A stretch of DNA of 64,000 nucleotides from Blastocystis sp. Blastoise (taxonomy: Eukaryota > Protista > Bigyra: Opalinata). Where the stretch lies: assembly GCA_039096225.1 (NCBI GenBank), contig JBBPEB010000020.1, positions 434,001-498,000 on the forward strand, written 5' to 3'. How positions within the stretch are numbered: position 1 is the first letter of the stretch; every line of letters begins with the position of its first letter. Positions 39,728 to 54,247 of the stretch are shown here, piece after piece. The notes below the pieces were generated by a model, which had not been told where the DNA came from, ran no database searches, and saw nothing but the letters and a program-made list of their open reading frames with translations. The position numbers were made by a program, and so were the translations under genes.

Positions 39728-42705
39728 ATGGAGTAGTAGTATCTAGATGCAATTCATTATCGAATGAAATAGAAAATGAAGCATATAGGTTATGGGTTAA
39801 ACTAGAAGTCTCAATTGAGAAGTTTCGTGATATCCTCTTTTCAGTTTATTCAATGTTAAAATTAACGAACGTAGCAGCTACACAACTATTAAGCCTAAGT
39901 CTTGATACGCAAACATATATTAGGAATATAAGATCTAATCAAGAGTTCTATCCAGAGTCGTTGAGACTCTATATCTGCCCTAAATGCTTTAATATAACAG
40001 CTATGACATCATCAAGAAACAATTTAAACAGCGACAGAACTTTGTGCCCAATTGACGTTGATATACCAGGAAGTAGTATATTAATGATAATATAAATTAT
40101 ATTTATTATATATGATGTTCTATATATATTTATAGAAATTTATCACACATCTATCCTGCCTTTGATTCCAAGAATTTCTAGCCTTTTGAATGATCCAGAT
40201 ATGATGAGTGACTTATGCTACTATACAAAAGAAGAAATTATATCATTGCTCTATCTTCATAATAGTGAGAACTATTATATTCCTATATCAGATGTGAATT
40301 ATTCAGCAAGTCCTATCAATTTACCAACTAACATACCTAAGTATTTTTATGGATCTTCTTTCTACAAATATACACGTCCTTTAATAGAGAAGGCTGATAT
40401 ATTTTTATATTTTTCAGTAACTTCAGATGGCATATCAGTGATTAGTAAACCACAAAAAGAAGACAATAAATCAACTTACCCTATTACTGTTAAACTTCTA
40501 AATTATTTTCAAAAAAGAAAGGTTGATAATCGCAGATTATGGGTTTATAGCTGTCCAGTTAGTAGTATGGTTAACCCTGTTATTGAAGTACTCTGTGAGG
40601 AATTAGCACATTTAGAACAAGGTATGAATATACAAATCAATAAGACCAATGAATATAAACGTGTTGTTGGTATTCTTTTAGATGTATATGGAGACTTTCC
40701 AGCCATGTCAAAAATGGCTAATACACCAAGTTCTTCTAGCACATGTCCATGTAGATTCTGTAACCTCTCTGTTTCTAGATCAAGAACAAATATCTTTCAT
40801 TCTGGAATAAAGTGTTGCTACGAAGAATCAGTATGTTTTAGAGATGAGAATCAAAACATAACAACATTTCATATACCAATCTATCGTCCCAATGAACCAT
40901 TAAATTCGAATAACATGATCATAGATTATCTCGACGAATCAATAATTAATGCAAATGTATGTGTCTCAATATCTCCTCCATTAGAGATGCCGACTTCATC
41001 AATATATAAAGATTCTTTACTATCTTCAACGCCTTCTTATCGTTCATCAGAAGTATCTACTCAATTATTAAACAATACGAATGAGGTTAATGTTGATATA
41101 CCAATTAAAGGTTTTAAGAAGTTATCTTATTTTGACACTCTAGAATCTTGCTCTTTAGATCCAATGCACTTGTTGAATAATGTTGCAACATCATTGATGG
41201 AACTCCTTTGGAACTATCCAAAAACAAAAGTATATTCTAATTTAGACTATATATTGACAAAAAATGATTCTTTAAAGTTCATCTCAAAGATATCATTATC
41301 AGAAGATAATAAGACAATAATTAAAACTAGGATGAAGAATATGAATATGTTATACAATGCTGATATGTATCAAATTAGTACAATACTAGATGATCTTAAT
41401 TTCTATTCTTGTTCATCTCATAGCCGAATTCTTTTTTTTTCAAGAGTACTCCCTCTTCTTATGTCAGATTTTGTTTATAAAGATTCCCCATTAGTATTAG
41501 TTATAGAACTATTTGGATCAATTATATGTGATTGTATGAATATCAATCCAATAATAGAGAAAAACCAATTATTATGTTTCGAACAACGTTGTATTCAATT
41601 TGTATCAATACTGGAGTCTATTCTTCCCTCTGTTCTCATAAGTGTTCAAATGCATAGTATCAAGCATCTTGCTTTATGTATAAAACATACAGGCTCTCTA
41701 TATTACACATCTACATGGGAATCAGAAAGGTCATATAGCACAATAAAAAGGATTACAAAAGGAAAATATAACTATAATGAATCTGTTTTGATAAAAGTTC
41801 AAGATCAGGAGTCAATTCAAGTACATTCAAAACTTAATTGTATGAACAAAAATATAGATAATATAAAAGATAAAAGATATACTTCCTTAGAATGTAAAGA
41901 AGTATTCATAGATGATTGTCCACTTATATATTCTTTTAAAGGTATAGAAAAACGATCCTTTTCTGAAATTTTTGATAGAGATATTCTATCTATAATTCTA
42001 TTACTTTCTTCTACATCATCATGTTCTATTCGAACAAAATTATTTTCAGAAATATTCGATGATAGTATTACTCCATATATAAGAGAAGAAAAAATTAAGA
42101 ATGAAATTGATATTCAAAAGAAGATAATGGAAAATTTCAAGTCATTAAAAAGATATTGTTATAATTCAATAACTGTTAATGGAGGAGTTTCTTTTCGAAT
42201 AAATAAATCTGATGCCGAAAAAGGAACAAAGGATAATTCTTATATAATGCAAAGTATATCAATTCAGTTAGATTCTGGAGAATATGTATGGAGACCTGTA
42301 TTATATAAAGTATTTTTATTTTTACAATTTGAAGACAGAATGATACTGAAAGTACATAGATATCCAACAGCTAATTATAGCCAATCAAGACTGTATGGAT
42401 ATTTTATAAATTATTCGAATCATTTGGATATTTCTTTGTGTTCAGACTATGAATATCTTCTAATCGAAAACATAAAACCATACAATATAATTTGTGTAGA
42501 TTTTGGAATTTCTAAAGAAATAGTAGATTCAAATAATAATAATTATGTATATTATTCTAACTAATTTATATATTATTATATTTTTACATAGTCGATACAT
42601 GATGCACAGAATGAAATTAGAGAGAATGAAACTAATACTGACGATTCTTATTTGATATCTGTATTCACTACATATAAAGCTGCTTTAGATCAAGAGGATG
42701 ATTAA
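39728..42705 (+). CDS. CACTA/CMC DDE transposase (spliced; further 5' exons likely)
   Basis: ICPKC zinc motif, VTSDG, YGDFPA, CPCRFC, DPMH, QMHSIKHL..CIKHTGSL...WESER, typical of EnSpm TnpD-like transposases. Confidence 0.88.
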
Positions 42706-43459
42706 ATAAATTATTCTTTAATTTTGTTTTATAAGAGTTTTACATTTTTATTCATATATATATCCTTTTCTATTTTGTTGAACTATTTGAGAATGAATAT
42801 GTTACTTGAAGAGATAAAAACATATACTAATTTATATATTAACCATTATAAGGTAATTCATGTATTTCATATATCACAATGATGATAATAAACTTATAAA
42901 TAGCAATATAACATCATAGATTTTGTGTTCATGTTTTTCTTAACCGTTTAAAATAACATAATAATGTTTAAACATAATACATAACACAACGATAAGCAGA
43001 AGTAGATTTCGTAGAATAAAGTGTATATCTTTTGAAAACGATAATTATCATCATATAATAAATATGTATAACTTGTGATGAAGAGTATTTCATTAATGAA
43101 AAGACAGTAAAATAAAAGTATTCAAATATATATATATAATTGGAAATATCATCATTAATTACATCAAGAATTGATTCATTTAAAACATATATAACATTAT
43201 GGTTATGTATCTTATGTTAGTAATCTTAACAGATAATATCACCTAATACCGAAAGTATAAAAACATAAAAAGAAATTTCTTATATTAAAGATAATACTAC
43301 TAGTTATTGTTACAGTTATCATATATATCGTTAATGATGGAAGAAGACTTTAGTCATAAGATTGGAATAACATGTACATGAGGGTATTGAATTGTAAAGG
43401 ACATTACAGTCAATCATAATCGAAAATAATATAGAAATGCAAGACTGAATAATTCGTAG

Positions 43460-46230
43460 TAGTATATAATCCATAGTATAATATATAATCCATAGTAATA
43501 TATAATCCATAGTATAATATATAATCCATAGTATAGTATTTAATCCATAGTATAGTATTTAATCCATAGTATAGTATTTAATCCATAGTAATATATAATC
43601 CATAGTAATATATAATCCATAGTATAGTATTTAATCCATAGTAATATATAATCCATAGTATAGTATTTAATCCATAGTATAGTATTTAATCAATAGTATA
43701 GTATTTAATCAATAGTATAGTATTTAATCCATAGTATAGTATTTAATCAATAGTATAGTATAGTATAATATATAATCCATAGTAGAGTATAATATATAAT
43801 CCATAGTAGAGTATAATATATAATCCATAGTATAGTATAATATAATATATAATCCATAGTATAGTATAGTATAATATATAATCCATAGTATAGCATAGTA
43901 TATATCCATAGTATAGCATAGTATATATCCATAGTATAGTATAGTATATATCCATAGTATAGCATAGTATATATCCATAGTATAGTATAGTATATATCCA
44001 TAGTATAGTATAATATATAATCCATAGTAGTATTTAATCCATAGTAGTATTTAATCCATAGTATATAATATAGTATATATCCATAGTATAGTATAGTATA
44101 TATCCATAGTATAGTATTGTATAATATATAATCCATAGTAGTATTTAATCCATAGTAGTATTTAATCCATAGTAGTATTTAATCCATAGTATAATATATA
44201 ATCCATAGTATAATATATAATCCATAGTATAGTATTTAATCCATAGTATAATATAGTATTTAATCCATAGTATAGTATTTAATCCATAGTATAGTATTTA
44301 ATCCATAGTATAATATAATATATAATCCATAGTATAATATAGTATTTAATCCATAGTATAATATAGTATATAATACATAGTATAATATAGTATTTAATCC
44401 ATAGTATAATATAGTATATAATACATAGTATAATATAGTATATAATCCATAATATAGTATAATATATAATCCATAGTAATATATAATCCATACTAGTATA
44501 TAATCCATAGTATAATATAGTATATAATATAGTATATAATATAGTATATAATCCATAGTAGTATATAATCCATAGTATTATATTATCCATAGTATTATAT
44601 TATCCATAGTAGTATATTATCCATAGTAGTATATTATCCATATTATAGTATAGTATAATATATAATCCATAATATAGTATATAGTATAATATATAATCCA
44701 TAGTATAGTATAATATATAATCCATAGTATAGTATAGTATTTAATCCATAGTATAGTATAGTATAATATATAATCCATAGTATAGTATAGTATAATCCAT
44801 AATATAGTATAGTATAATATATAATCCATAGTATAATATATAATCCATAGTATGGTATAGTATAATCCATAATCATAGAATATAATCATAGTATATAATC
44901 ATATAATATAGATATAATCTATAATATAGTATATAATCTATAATATAGTATAATATAATCTATAATATAGTATAATATATAATCCATAGTATAATATATA
45001 ATCCATAATAGAGTATAATCCATAATATAGTATAATCCATAATATAGTATATAATCCATAATATAGTATATAATCCATAGTATAGTATATAATGCATAGT
45101 AGTATATAATCCATTGTAGTATTTAATCCATAGTATAATATAGTATATAATCCATAGTATAGTATATAATCCATAGTATAATATATAATCCATAGTATAA
45201 TATTTAATCCATAGTACTATTTAATCCATAGTATAGTATATAATCCAGAGTATAGTATATAATCCATAGTATAGTATATAATCCATAGTAATATATAATC
45301 CATAGTAATATATAATCCATAGTAATATATAATCCATAGTAATATATAATCCATAGTATAGTTTAGCATATATCCATAGTAATATATAATCCATAGTATA
45401 ATATAGTATAATCCATAGTATAGTATATAATCCATAGTATAATATATAATCCATAGTACTATTTAATCCATAGTATAGTATATAATCCATAGTATAGTAT
45501 ACAATCCATAGTATAGTATACAATCCATAGTATAGTATATAATCCATAGTATAGTATATAATCCATAGTAATATATAATCCATAGTAATATATAATCCAT
45601 AGTAATATATAATCCATAGTAATATATAATCCATAGTATAGTTTAGCATATATCCATAGTAATATATAATCCATAGTATAATATAGTATAATCCATAGTA
45701 TAATATAGTATAATCCACAGTATAATATAGTATATAATACATAGTATAATATAGTATAATCCATAGTATAGTATAGTATAATATATAATCCATAGTAGAG
45801 TATAATATATAATCCATAGTAGTATTTAATCCATAGTATAATATATAATCCATAGTATAGTATAGTATATAATCCATAGTATAGTATAGTATATAATCCA
45901 TAGTAGTATTTAATCCATAGTAGTATTTAATCCATAGTAGTATTTAATCCATAGTATAATATATAATCCATAGTATAATATATAATCCATAGTAGTATAT
46001 AATCCATACTAATATATAATCTATAGTATAATATATAATCTATAATATAGTATAATCCATAGTATAGTATTTAATCCATAGTATAGTATTTAATCCATAG
46101 TAATATATAATCCATAATATAGTTTTATAATCCATAATATAGTATTATAATCCATAATATAGTTTTATAATCCATAGTATAGTATAGTATAATCCATAAT
46201 ATAATATATAATCCATAATATAATATATAT
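43460..46230. repeat. 2.75-kb complex satellite built on an ATCCATAGTA core with variable TAGTA/TAATA spacers
   Basis: Directly visible. Units of ~16-30 bp with a higher-order duplication around 45.23-45.70 kb. Confidence 0.95.
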
Positions 46231-47141
46231 ATTATATAATATGTTTTCTAATTAAATTAAATAGTAATTGAATGGATATATGAATCCTAATTTCATAATT
46301 GCTACTGAATTATCTATTATTACTCGAATAATAAAAAAGTAACTATATGAATATGTGCTAAAATAAACCGAATAGAAATATATAAAAAATATATATACTT
46401 GATATTGTAACATTTTGTATTTATGAGTATCATATAGGATGTCTATCATATAATAGAATTTTGTTAATATCTGTATATAAAATATACATCTGACAAACAT
46501 ACACCCACAAATAATTTATTCATGTCACAACTATACTAATATATTTATATCACTTCCAAAGATAATACTAATTCAATTAAAACAAATGAAGTATATGGGA
46601 GAATATGTTGAACCGATATCGAATCTAATTATATTAAATCTTCTGACTTCAATTAAGTAATTTTAAATGATAAAGAATACTATGATTAATTGGGATTATT
46701 ATGTTACTACATACATATATTTGTATAATAATGAACGTATATAAATAAAACATATGTATATGAAATAATATCAGTTATATACATGAATAGAATAGATATA
46801 TAAAGGTATATGCCATAGTCTGATATACTTTGAATAACTGATATAGATAAACATACTTATCACTAATTCAAAATACTAAATGGCTTCTTTAATAAATTAG
46901 TAAATTTCTTTCAATCTATAATAATTAATTATTAAGTATATAATGTTTTAATAATGCATATATAAATGTTCTATACTTTCTCCTATATAGGACTCTTATG
47001 TGTTTAACAAGAAGAAGGATTTGATGGTATTACCAGTAGCTATTTATTTAGAATCAATAATACTCTTGAAGTAATTGGCTAAACTATATTTTATCAATGT
47101 ATTCAAATTAGAGGTTTTTGCCGAAATATAAAATATTAAAC

Positions 47142-47228
47142 TATATATATGTTATATATATATATATGCTATATATATATGTTATATAAATATATGTTAT
47201 ATAAATATATGTTATATATATATATATG

Positions 47229-47287
<59 letters not shown>

Positions 47288-47417
47288 ATATATATATGTT
47301 ATATATATATATGTTATATATATATATGTTATATATATATATGTTATATAAATATATGTTATATATATATATGTTATATATATATATGTTATATATATAT
47401 ATGTTATATATATATAT
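47142..47417. repeat. (TA)n / TATATGT compound microsatellite
   Basis: Directly visible. Confidence 0.9.
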
Positions 47418-50400
47418 ACTGCTTCTAAATATTGGCTGAATATAAGAATGAAATAAAGCTAACTATTTGTCATTATTAATTCTTAATAATAAAATGTATG
47501 GGAATTTATATTCTTATTGTTATAACATAATAAATACTTGATATAATAAAATGAGTATTATTCTCATTCTATTTATTTATTCTTAATCACATACAGATCT
47601 TTGGTTTATAAGTTATCTTCTTATACATCTTCTTGGCCTATTTAAAAAATAATTCACAGCCAAAGAACTCTATAAATCACTTAATATGTATATATTTTGA
47701 AATACATATATAATTGATAGCTTACCAACTACAAATTAAAATATAAGTTAATCATATTATGCTATATAAATAAGAATACTTACATAATGACATATAAAAA
47801 ATATACTTTTTCAACACTGACGGCTTTTATTAGTATTCTAATGAAATGCATATTATATTATAATATAAAACTTTGACATAAATTTATTTAAGTTCTAAGC
47901 TATCAATTTATATAAAATAAGATTTGAAAACATTATTCACAGATATATCAATTATGAAAATTCAAAATAATCATTTATAAACTATACAATGTATATATAT
48001 ATAGACTATAAATGACTACTAGCGTAGAAAACTATGTAGAGTAATAATATATATATTTTATATAAAAGTATAAAAAAAGATTCATCATTATTTATATATA
48101 TACTTAAGTAGACGTCATTTTTACCTCAATAACACTTTCTAGTTGACTCTTCTATAATATATAATAGCATCTATATATTAACATAGAAAATAGAAGTACC
48201 AAATGATCATTTTATATATTTCTCTTTCAGTAACTAAGAATAATCTTGTCATTTACTTATATGTATTCTATAAATAAAAATGATATTTTTATTAATAAAG
48301 AGATAATATAAATAAATATAATATTTAATATTTAATTATAATATTGTATACTGTACTAGTTAAAAGGTAATATTATGTTGAATCCCATATTAACTACAAA
48401 TGATAATAGCAACTACAATTAACTATACAAAGAATTGTTAAGATAAACGTTATATATATATAAACATACAAAAACATGAAATAATACTCCAAACGAACAT
48501 ACATTGTAAAACCAAATTAAATTTTGTTGCGTATTATGTTGAATAAATATAATATAAGCATGCATGTATTATATACAATTACTGTATTCCATTATTCTAG
48601 ATACTAATAGCACGAATAGATAACAGGTAGTATGAACTTTTATTAGCTACTGTTTTATTTGTGTTAACAAATGGAATGCACTAAAAGGATAAGACATTCT
48701 AATCTATATAAACGTTATCATGAAAACATATTAAAATTTACAAATGAAAGAGAAACTAACAATGTTCTAAATTATATAATTAATAAATAAAACTTCAAAA
48801 AGACTCTAAAGAGAAAATAACAAAAACAATAAAGAGAAAGCAGACATAAATAATTAAATAAATAGCAAACAAATTAAAATTATATACGAATCAGAAACAA
48901 GAAGTCCAGGTAACCAGATGAACTGAGCTAATACCGTCATTTAAGTAATAATTCCTTCATAGTTTATAAAAAAGTAGGAAATGAATTTTTGAAATTTGTT
49001 CATGCTGATATTTTTTTTATAAAATAGCAATCTGATATATATGCATCATTACAAATATAATTTATTACTCATTGTTTTAATTTGAGAATAAAATAAAATA
49101 TGATTCAATAAGGAAAAGAAAAAAAATCAATCTTAAAATGAAGAACTATATAAACGAAGAATTATATAGACGAAGAATTATATAGACGAAGATTATATAA
49201 CGAAGAATTATAAAAACGAAGAAAAAATATTCCAAAAACTGGCTTTTTCAAATTACATCACTTCCGTTCTTTTCGATCAAAAAATAGTGAGAATTAATCA
49301 CCATTATGTTTAAAATGTGTTTATTAAGTTGCTAGCTTTATTCAATATCGTTTCCATAAAGTGAATATAACTTGAGTTTATTAGAATTGTTAATTGTAAA
49401 ATTTGTTTTAAGTCTATTCTCAGTAGTAAGTGTAACACTAAACAACGAAAATATATCATAATACAACGATAGCGAAGATTATTTGTATTTTAAATGTACT
49501 TTTAATTATTATTTATGTTTTTCGTATGTATCTATATTGAGAATATTATGGTGTAAATACAATTAGAAATTAATAGTAATGTAAATAAATCCAAAAGGAT
49601 TACTGATAAATCTTGATTCCTGGATAGGCAATATAAATATTGCATATAAACCAATATCTCATTCATTTCAAGGATTTATATATCATTAAATATATGCTTT
49701 AATTTTTTGTAATCCATGGATGTATAATCAACATCCTTTTGATGTTTATGTGTATTCTCATCTAAATAGGAAGTTATACTACAGTAAGAATTCATATTAT
49801 GAACTTTTAATCAGAGTATATTATAAAAATTAATAATAGGATAAAAGACATAAAGGGTAACTAATGAATTATATGACGTTTGAAATATTAAAAAACTTTG
49901 CAGATAGATTTCTTTACAGTTATCTAGTTTCAATAAGTATTAATATATGATGAAGCTGCAGTAATTATTTATTTTTATTTATATAGAATATATTGGCAAG
50001 ATAATATTTGAATTCCAAAGCAAATACAAAAATGAATATAGTCCACTTAAATAATGCAAAATATCTACAACATTCAACCAGTAATTTATCATCAATTTAG
50101 TTAAAATGAAAAAGATTCTAACAGAAATTATAATGACAACATATAGAAATTAAGAAAGAGAAATTAATACTATACATTTATTAACTAATAGCAATTCCAT
50201 TCTTTAAAGAAAAGGAAGAAAACATTAAACTTAGAAAAATACATAAATATGATATATTTCTATTAAAAGCATAAGGATACGAAATATTGAAACACAATAA
50301 AAAAAATTATTGCATATTAATAATTCTAATTTAGACAAAACAAATAAGCAATTATGTAGTGTTTATTTATAATAATTTAACAATTATCAGGAATGGAAAC

Positions 50401-53248
50401 ATAGAAGATGTAGAAGGAAAGAATATAGAGTAATAATAGGATAAGAGTATTATAAGAATTATATGTATAATTATACTAGTTGAATATAAAATTCATATTC
50501 ATCACTTATTATAGGAATAAGCAAAATATATAAACAAGTTACACACTCATATTTATTAGCTGGTGTAGAGAAAAAATATAATGATTGATGAAGTATTAGG
50601 TAAAGAGATATTGTATGCATAATAGTAGTAATAGTAAACATAGTAATAACAATATTATAAGGTTATCTTTTGAAACATTTCAGTAAATACGTTAATAAAA
50701 ACAGCGTAGGAGCTAGAGATTCATATGAAAAACAGCAATAAGAAGAAGTTAAGAATAATTAGAATATTTAAAGAGAAATATAATCATTATTTATGCAAAT
50801 ACATAAGTAATACTATTACTAGTTATTCTTTAGATTCAAAGTAGGAATAGGCTACAGAAAATATATATATGATCCTGTATAATAATTGTAATCACGAATT
50901 TGAAACTAGTATTAGTAGTAAGATAACATTAATAGATATCTCATCATAATTCTTAGTAGCAATAGAATTCTAACATCTGAATTGAAGAGAGAATATTCAA
51001 AGGATCTATATAAACGTATAGCTATAGAATCCTACACAATAATATATATATATATATACTTAATTATATACTTAATTATTCAGTAGTAGCTTAATGCATT
51101 GGTTCTTTAATTCTAGAATATAATTTATAAATAACGTTCACCATAATAAGAAATTTAGGATGAAGAAAAACATGTCTCATTTTATAACTTTATTTCATTT
51201 TGCCTAAATATTATAATAATATAATATTAAAATATTTATACACTACAAATAGATAAGCAAGCCTCAACTTACACCTGACGGATCATCATCATTTGATTGA
51301 AATCTAGAATAGGCTAAATAGAAACCAAATAAGGATTAATACACAATATATATAAATATATAAAATATGATTAACAACTAAACATAAAGAATTTGAACAG
51401 ATTTATACTCAATGTAATTAATTATCATTGCATATCATTATATAAAAGTAAAAATAATTGAAATCGACTATTAAAGTAAATGTAATTCGAGATAATTAAT
51501 CTAAATTACATTATATTAATATTAAGATAAGTCTAGCATACGTATATTATAAAATCTGGAAGAATTCTAATTATTCAAATAAAGTTAAACGAAAACAAAG
51601 AAAGACAAAACAACATTAATCTATAAAATCATATTCTTTAGCAAACCATTATATATATAGAGTTTAATAAGCTAGTTTCAATAGAAACAAAGAATCTGAA
51701 GACACAAATAATTAATACGAGAACAAATAAAATAGAATTATATACAAATATTAGCAATTTAATAAATCAATCTAGCTTTTATCATTTATGTAGTTGTCTC
51801 ACTTCAATAATATAAAAAAAAAATCGAAAGTAATAAACACATTAATTAACTGATTGAGTGAATTACCATATTTCTATCTCTAAGCTGGATAAGAAGTTAT
51901 AGAGCTCTCTGAATGAAGCCTTTATTGAATCTCCAAGTTAAGAACCAAAATGAATAAGATGATAATAAATACTAAAAAAATTTCTAAAAATTTTGTTTTA
52001 AATTTTTTATCAACAGTATTTCTAGATCCTTGAATACTCAATACAGCTACATATTTTCTTAACTTCCCAGTAATTATCAACAAGAAAAAGTCACTAGGAC
52101 TACTTAGAAGCTTAATTTACCATTCCATCATTTTTCTAGTCTAACAAGAATATTCGTTCATGTCATTAATCCACTGTATTTTATTATCTACTCTTCTAGA
52201 TAGCAACGAATTTACATGAAATGTTAATGCCAATTTAATGATTTCAATAAGTGCCTTTGCTATTATTATTTTTCTTCTTATTTAGTTACTTATAGGTTCT
52301 AAGATGATTTTGTAGAGTTAGAAGCAAATAAAAGAATATGCCAAATGTTGTCACTTAGATTTCTTTTGACTGTGTACTCTTTATGTTGCATAATGATTTC
52401 AATTAATTTAAAATATCTTCTAAGATGCTTCAATTATGGAATTAAACAGTAAATCGTATTCAACAACTTAATCACAACAATTATGTATTTTGTTTTTGAA
52501 CATACTATTTGTCTTCAACATACATTTACTATGTGATTATACATTATATTAATCTCTAAAACTAATAAAAAATAAATTTTCAAGATATATCTGATGTAGT
52601 TCTTAAAAAAAGAAAAATTATTCTTAAGGAAATAAAAAAATTTCGATTGTTTTTTTTTGACTTTTAAATACATATGTTTTCTTTTATTTACGTTTTTTCT
52701 TATTTATATAACTTAGACATGTCATACATAACTCATTTACATAATAATTTTCATTTTATAACATAAAAAAATATTTTCTGATTTTGACTCAAATATTGTT
52801 GTGTAAACTCAAAGAGTTGTCTTTTAGACGTGAAATGACTGTATAAATAATAATATAACTATAGAACACTTCAAAAATGAATATTCAAGAAGTTGACTGA
52901 ATTACGACTCTTGTCTTTTTATTTTGAATAATTGAAATAACGGTCACGTTACAAGTCAGAGTCTACACATAAATATATCTTTAACAGCAAACAACTCTGA
53001 CCTCACTAATTGACTGATCCTTAAGACTCGGTCAAAGTCAATCAATTTTTGTCTTTCTGTGTCTTAAACATCATATCAAGTCATTATTCATTGTCTATTG
53101 TCTAAATAGACTCAAAATGAAAATTCAAAAACTCCACTTTTATCAAAAATTTCTCTAAGTCGATGAAAAACCGTCAACCTTTTGCATTTTTTGAATTTTC
53201 TAAAACAATTTGGTTTTCCCCATGGGAAACAAACCTTTTTGACTGAAG

Positions 53249-53374
53249 TATTAATTCTTCCGTTCTTCGAACTGCAGAAGGGGGTATGCAAACCCCGCAT
53301 AGAGTCTGCGCGACGCGCGCAGCCATAAGCGGGGAAGACATCCCCCCTTTTTGTTCTCGACGGAAGAATTAATA
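53249..53374. other. 126-nt GC-rich imperfect hairpin at the left end of the viral element
   Basis: Perfect 15-bp arms TATTAATTCTTCCGT / ACGGAAGAATTAATA; inner GGGGG/CCCCC, CCCCGC/GCGGGG and CTGCGCG/CGCGCAG stems; 3-nt loop. Confidence 0.85.
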
Positions 53375-53486
53375 ACATTTCTGAAGTAAAATAACCATGG
53401 GAGTGTAGGGTAGTGTGTGTGTGTATTTATTTTTTCCCATGTTTATTTATTTTTAATTTATTTGTGTTCTGATTCCAACGTGAAAC

Positions 53487-53850
53487 GTAAAGTGATCAAG
53501 GAGAAACTCATAGTAATCATAAAAGAAATAAAATACACAGTCCAACCCTCCCCTTTACAGGGAATATTCATGGAAAATGACTCCATCGTTGGTAAAGTGA
53601 GTAAAATAATCACGGGAATACAGAAAGAAATACGAAAAGAAGCACAGAATGTGCTAAATAAACACACACCCCGACCCTCCCTTTATATAGAGAAAAGATG
53701 AAATGGATGGTTCTATCTAAAAAGAAATAATAAAAATAATCACGGGAATATATAAAAATAAAAATGTATGTATAGTGATCAATAAATAATATAAAAAGTC
53801 ATGATAATCATAAAAAATTTATATAAAAAAGAGTAAAGTGATCAAGGTAT
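53487..53850 (+). repeat. Short dispersed direct repeats (iteron-like)
   Basis: TAAAGTGATCAAGG x2; ACCCTCCCTTTA x2 and AAATAATCACGGGAATA x2 with 130-bp spacing. Confidence 0.6.
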
Positions 53851-54110
53851 GTATTTATAGTGGGTGAAAGAAAAGCTGGTGGTGGTGTGGTCTTGTAAAA
53901 AGATGTACCCACCACCACGATTATAACGAGAGACTTTTGGAAACAAGGGTGACCGTTATGGAAATAGGATGCGTCATCGTGAATTGTCCAATCAAATTGC
54001 TTAAAAATGTAAAAATGAGGGATTTTGGAACACAAAAACACAATTATATTGGGGAAACTGGGGAAACTAATTGTGTTCCAGTGGTTTTAGGTGGCGGGAT
54101 GTATATCAAT

Positions 54111-54160
54111 TTTCTAGAATATTCTAGAACATTCTCGAAACTTCTAGAACATTCTAGAAC
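54111..54160. promoter_or_regulatory. Heat-shock element array (10 alternating nGAAn pentamers) upstream of the tyrosine recombinase
   Basis: tTTCt aGAAt aTTCt aGAAc aTTCt cGAAa cTTCt aGAAc aTTCt aGAAc, ~90 nt before ATG 54248. Confidence 0.8.
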
Positions 54161-54247
54161 ATGAGAATCTTAGATATTTTATTTTGATTTTCTTATGTAT
54201 TATTCTTTTGAAAATAGAAGTTTTAGAGATTCTACTTGAGAAAATCA

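Larger units (their letters stand above)
37083..42705 (+). mobile_element. CACTA/CMC element (left TIR, subterminal repeats, accessory gene, transposase; right TIR not found)
   Basis: CACTAG at 37083; direct and inverted GCAATTATTGCC repeats at ~37131-37352; transposase ORF. Confidence 0.85.

Noticed and set aside
43724-45901. Many Y/I/L/W-rich ORFs (MDYILYY...)
   Set aside because: Translations of the satellite on the strand lacking stops; overlapping in several frames.
43460-46230. CRISPR-like repeat/spacer array
   Set aside because: The spacers are low-complexity permutations of the same 5-mers; no cas genes; eukaryotic context.
47149-47439. 96-aa YI-repeat ORF
   Set aside because: Translation of a (TA)n microsatellite.
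36675-52200. Isolated TTCTAGA(A) sites (e.g. ~36676, ~51111, ~52194) as HSEs
   Set aside because: Only about two pentamers each; expected by chance in AT-rich DNA.
46250-52900. Possible decayed retroelement or coding remnants
   Set aside because: Purine-skewed stretches but no ORF and no RT/integrase motif that I could support; needs TBLASTN/HMM.
53112-54164. Short ORFs at the left end of the virus
   Set aside because: Non-ATG starts, overlap with the hairpin, repeats or HSE, and no recognisable motifs.
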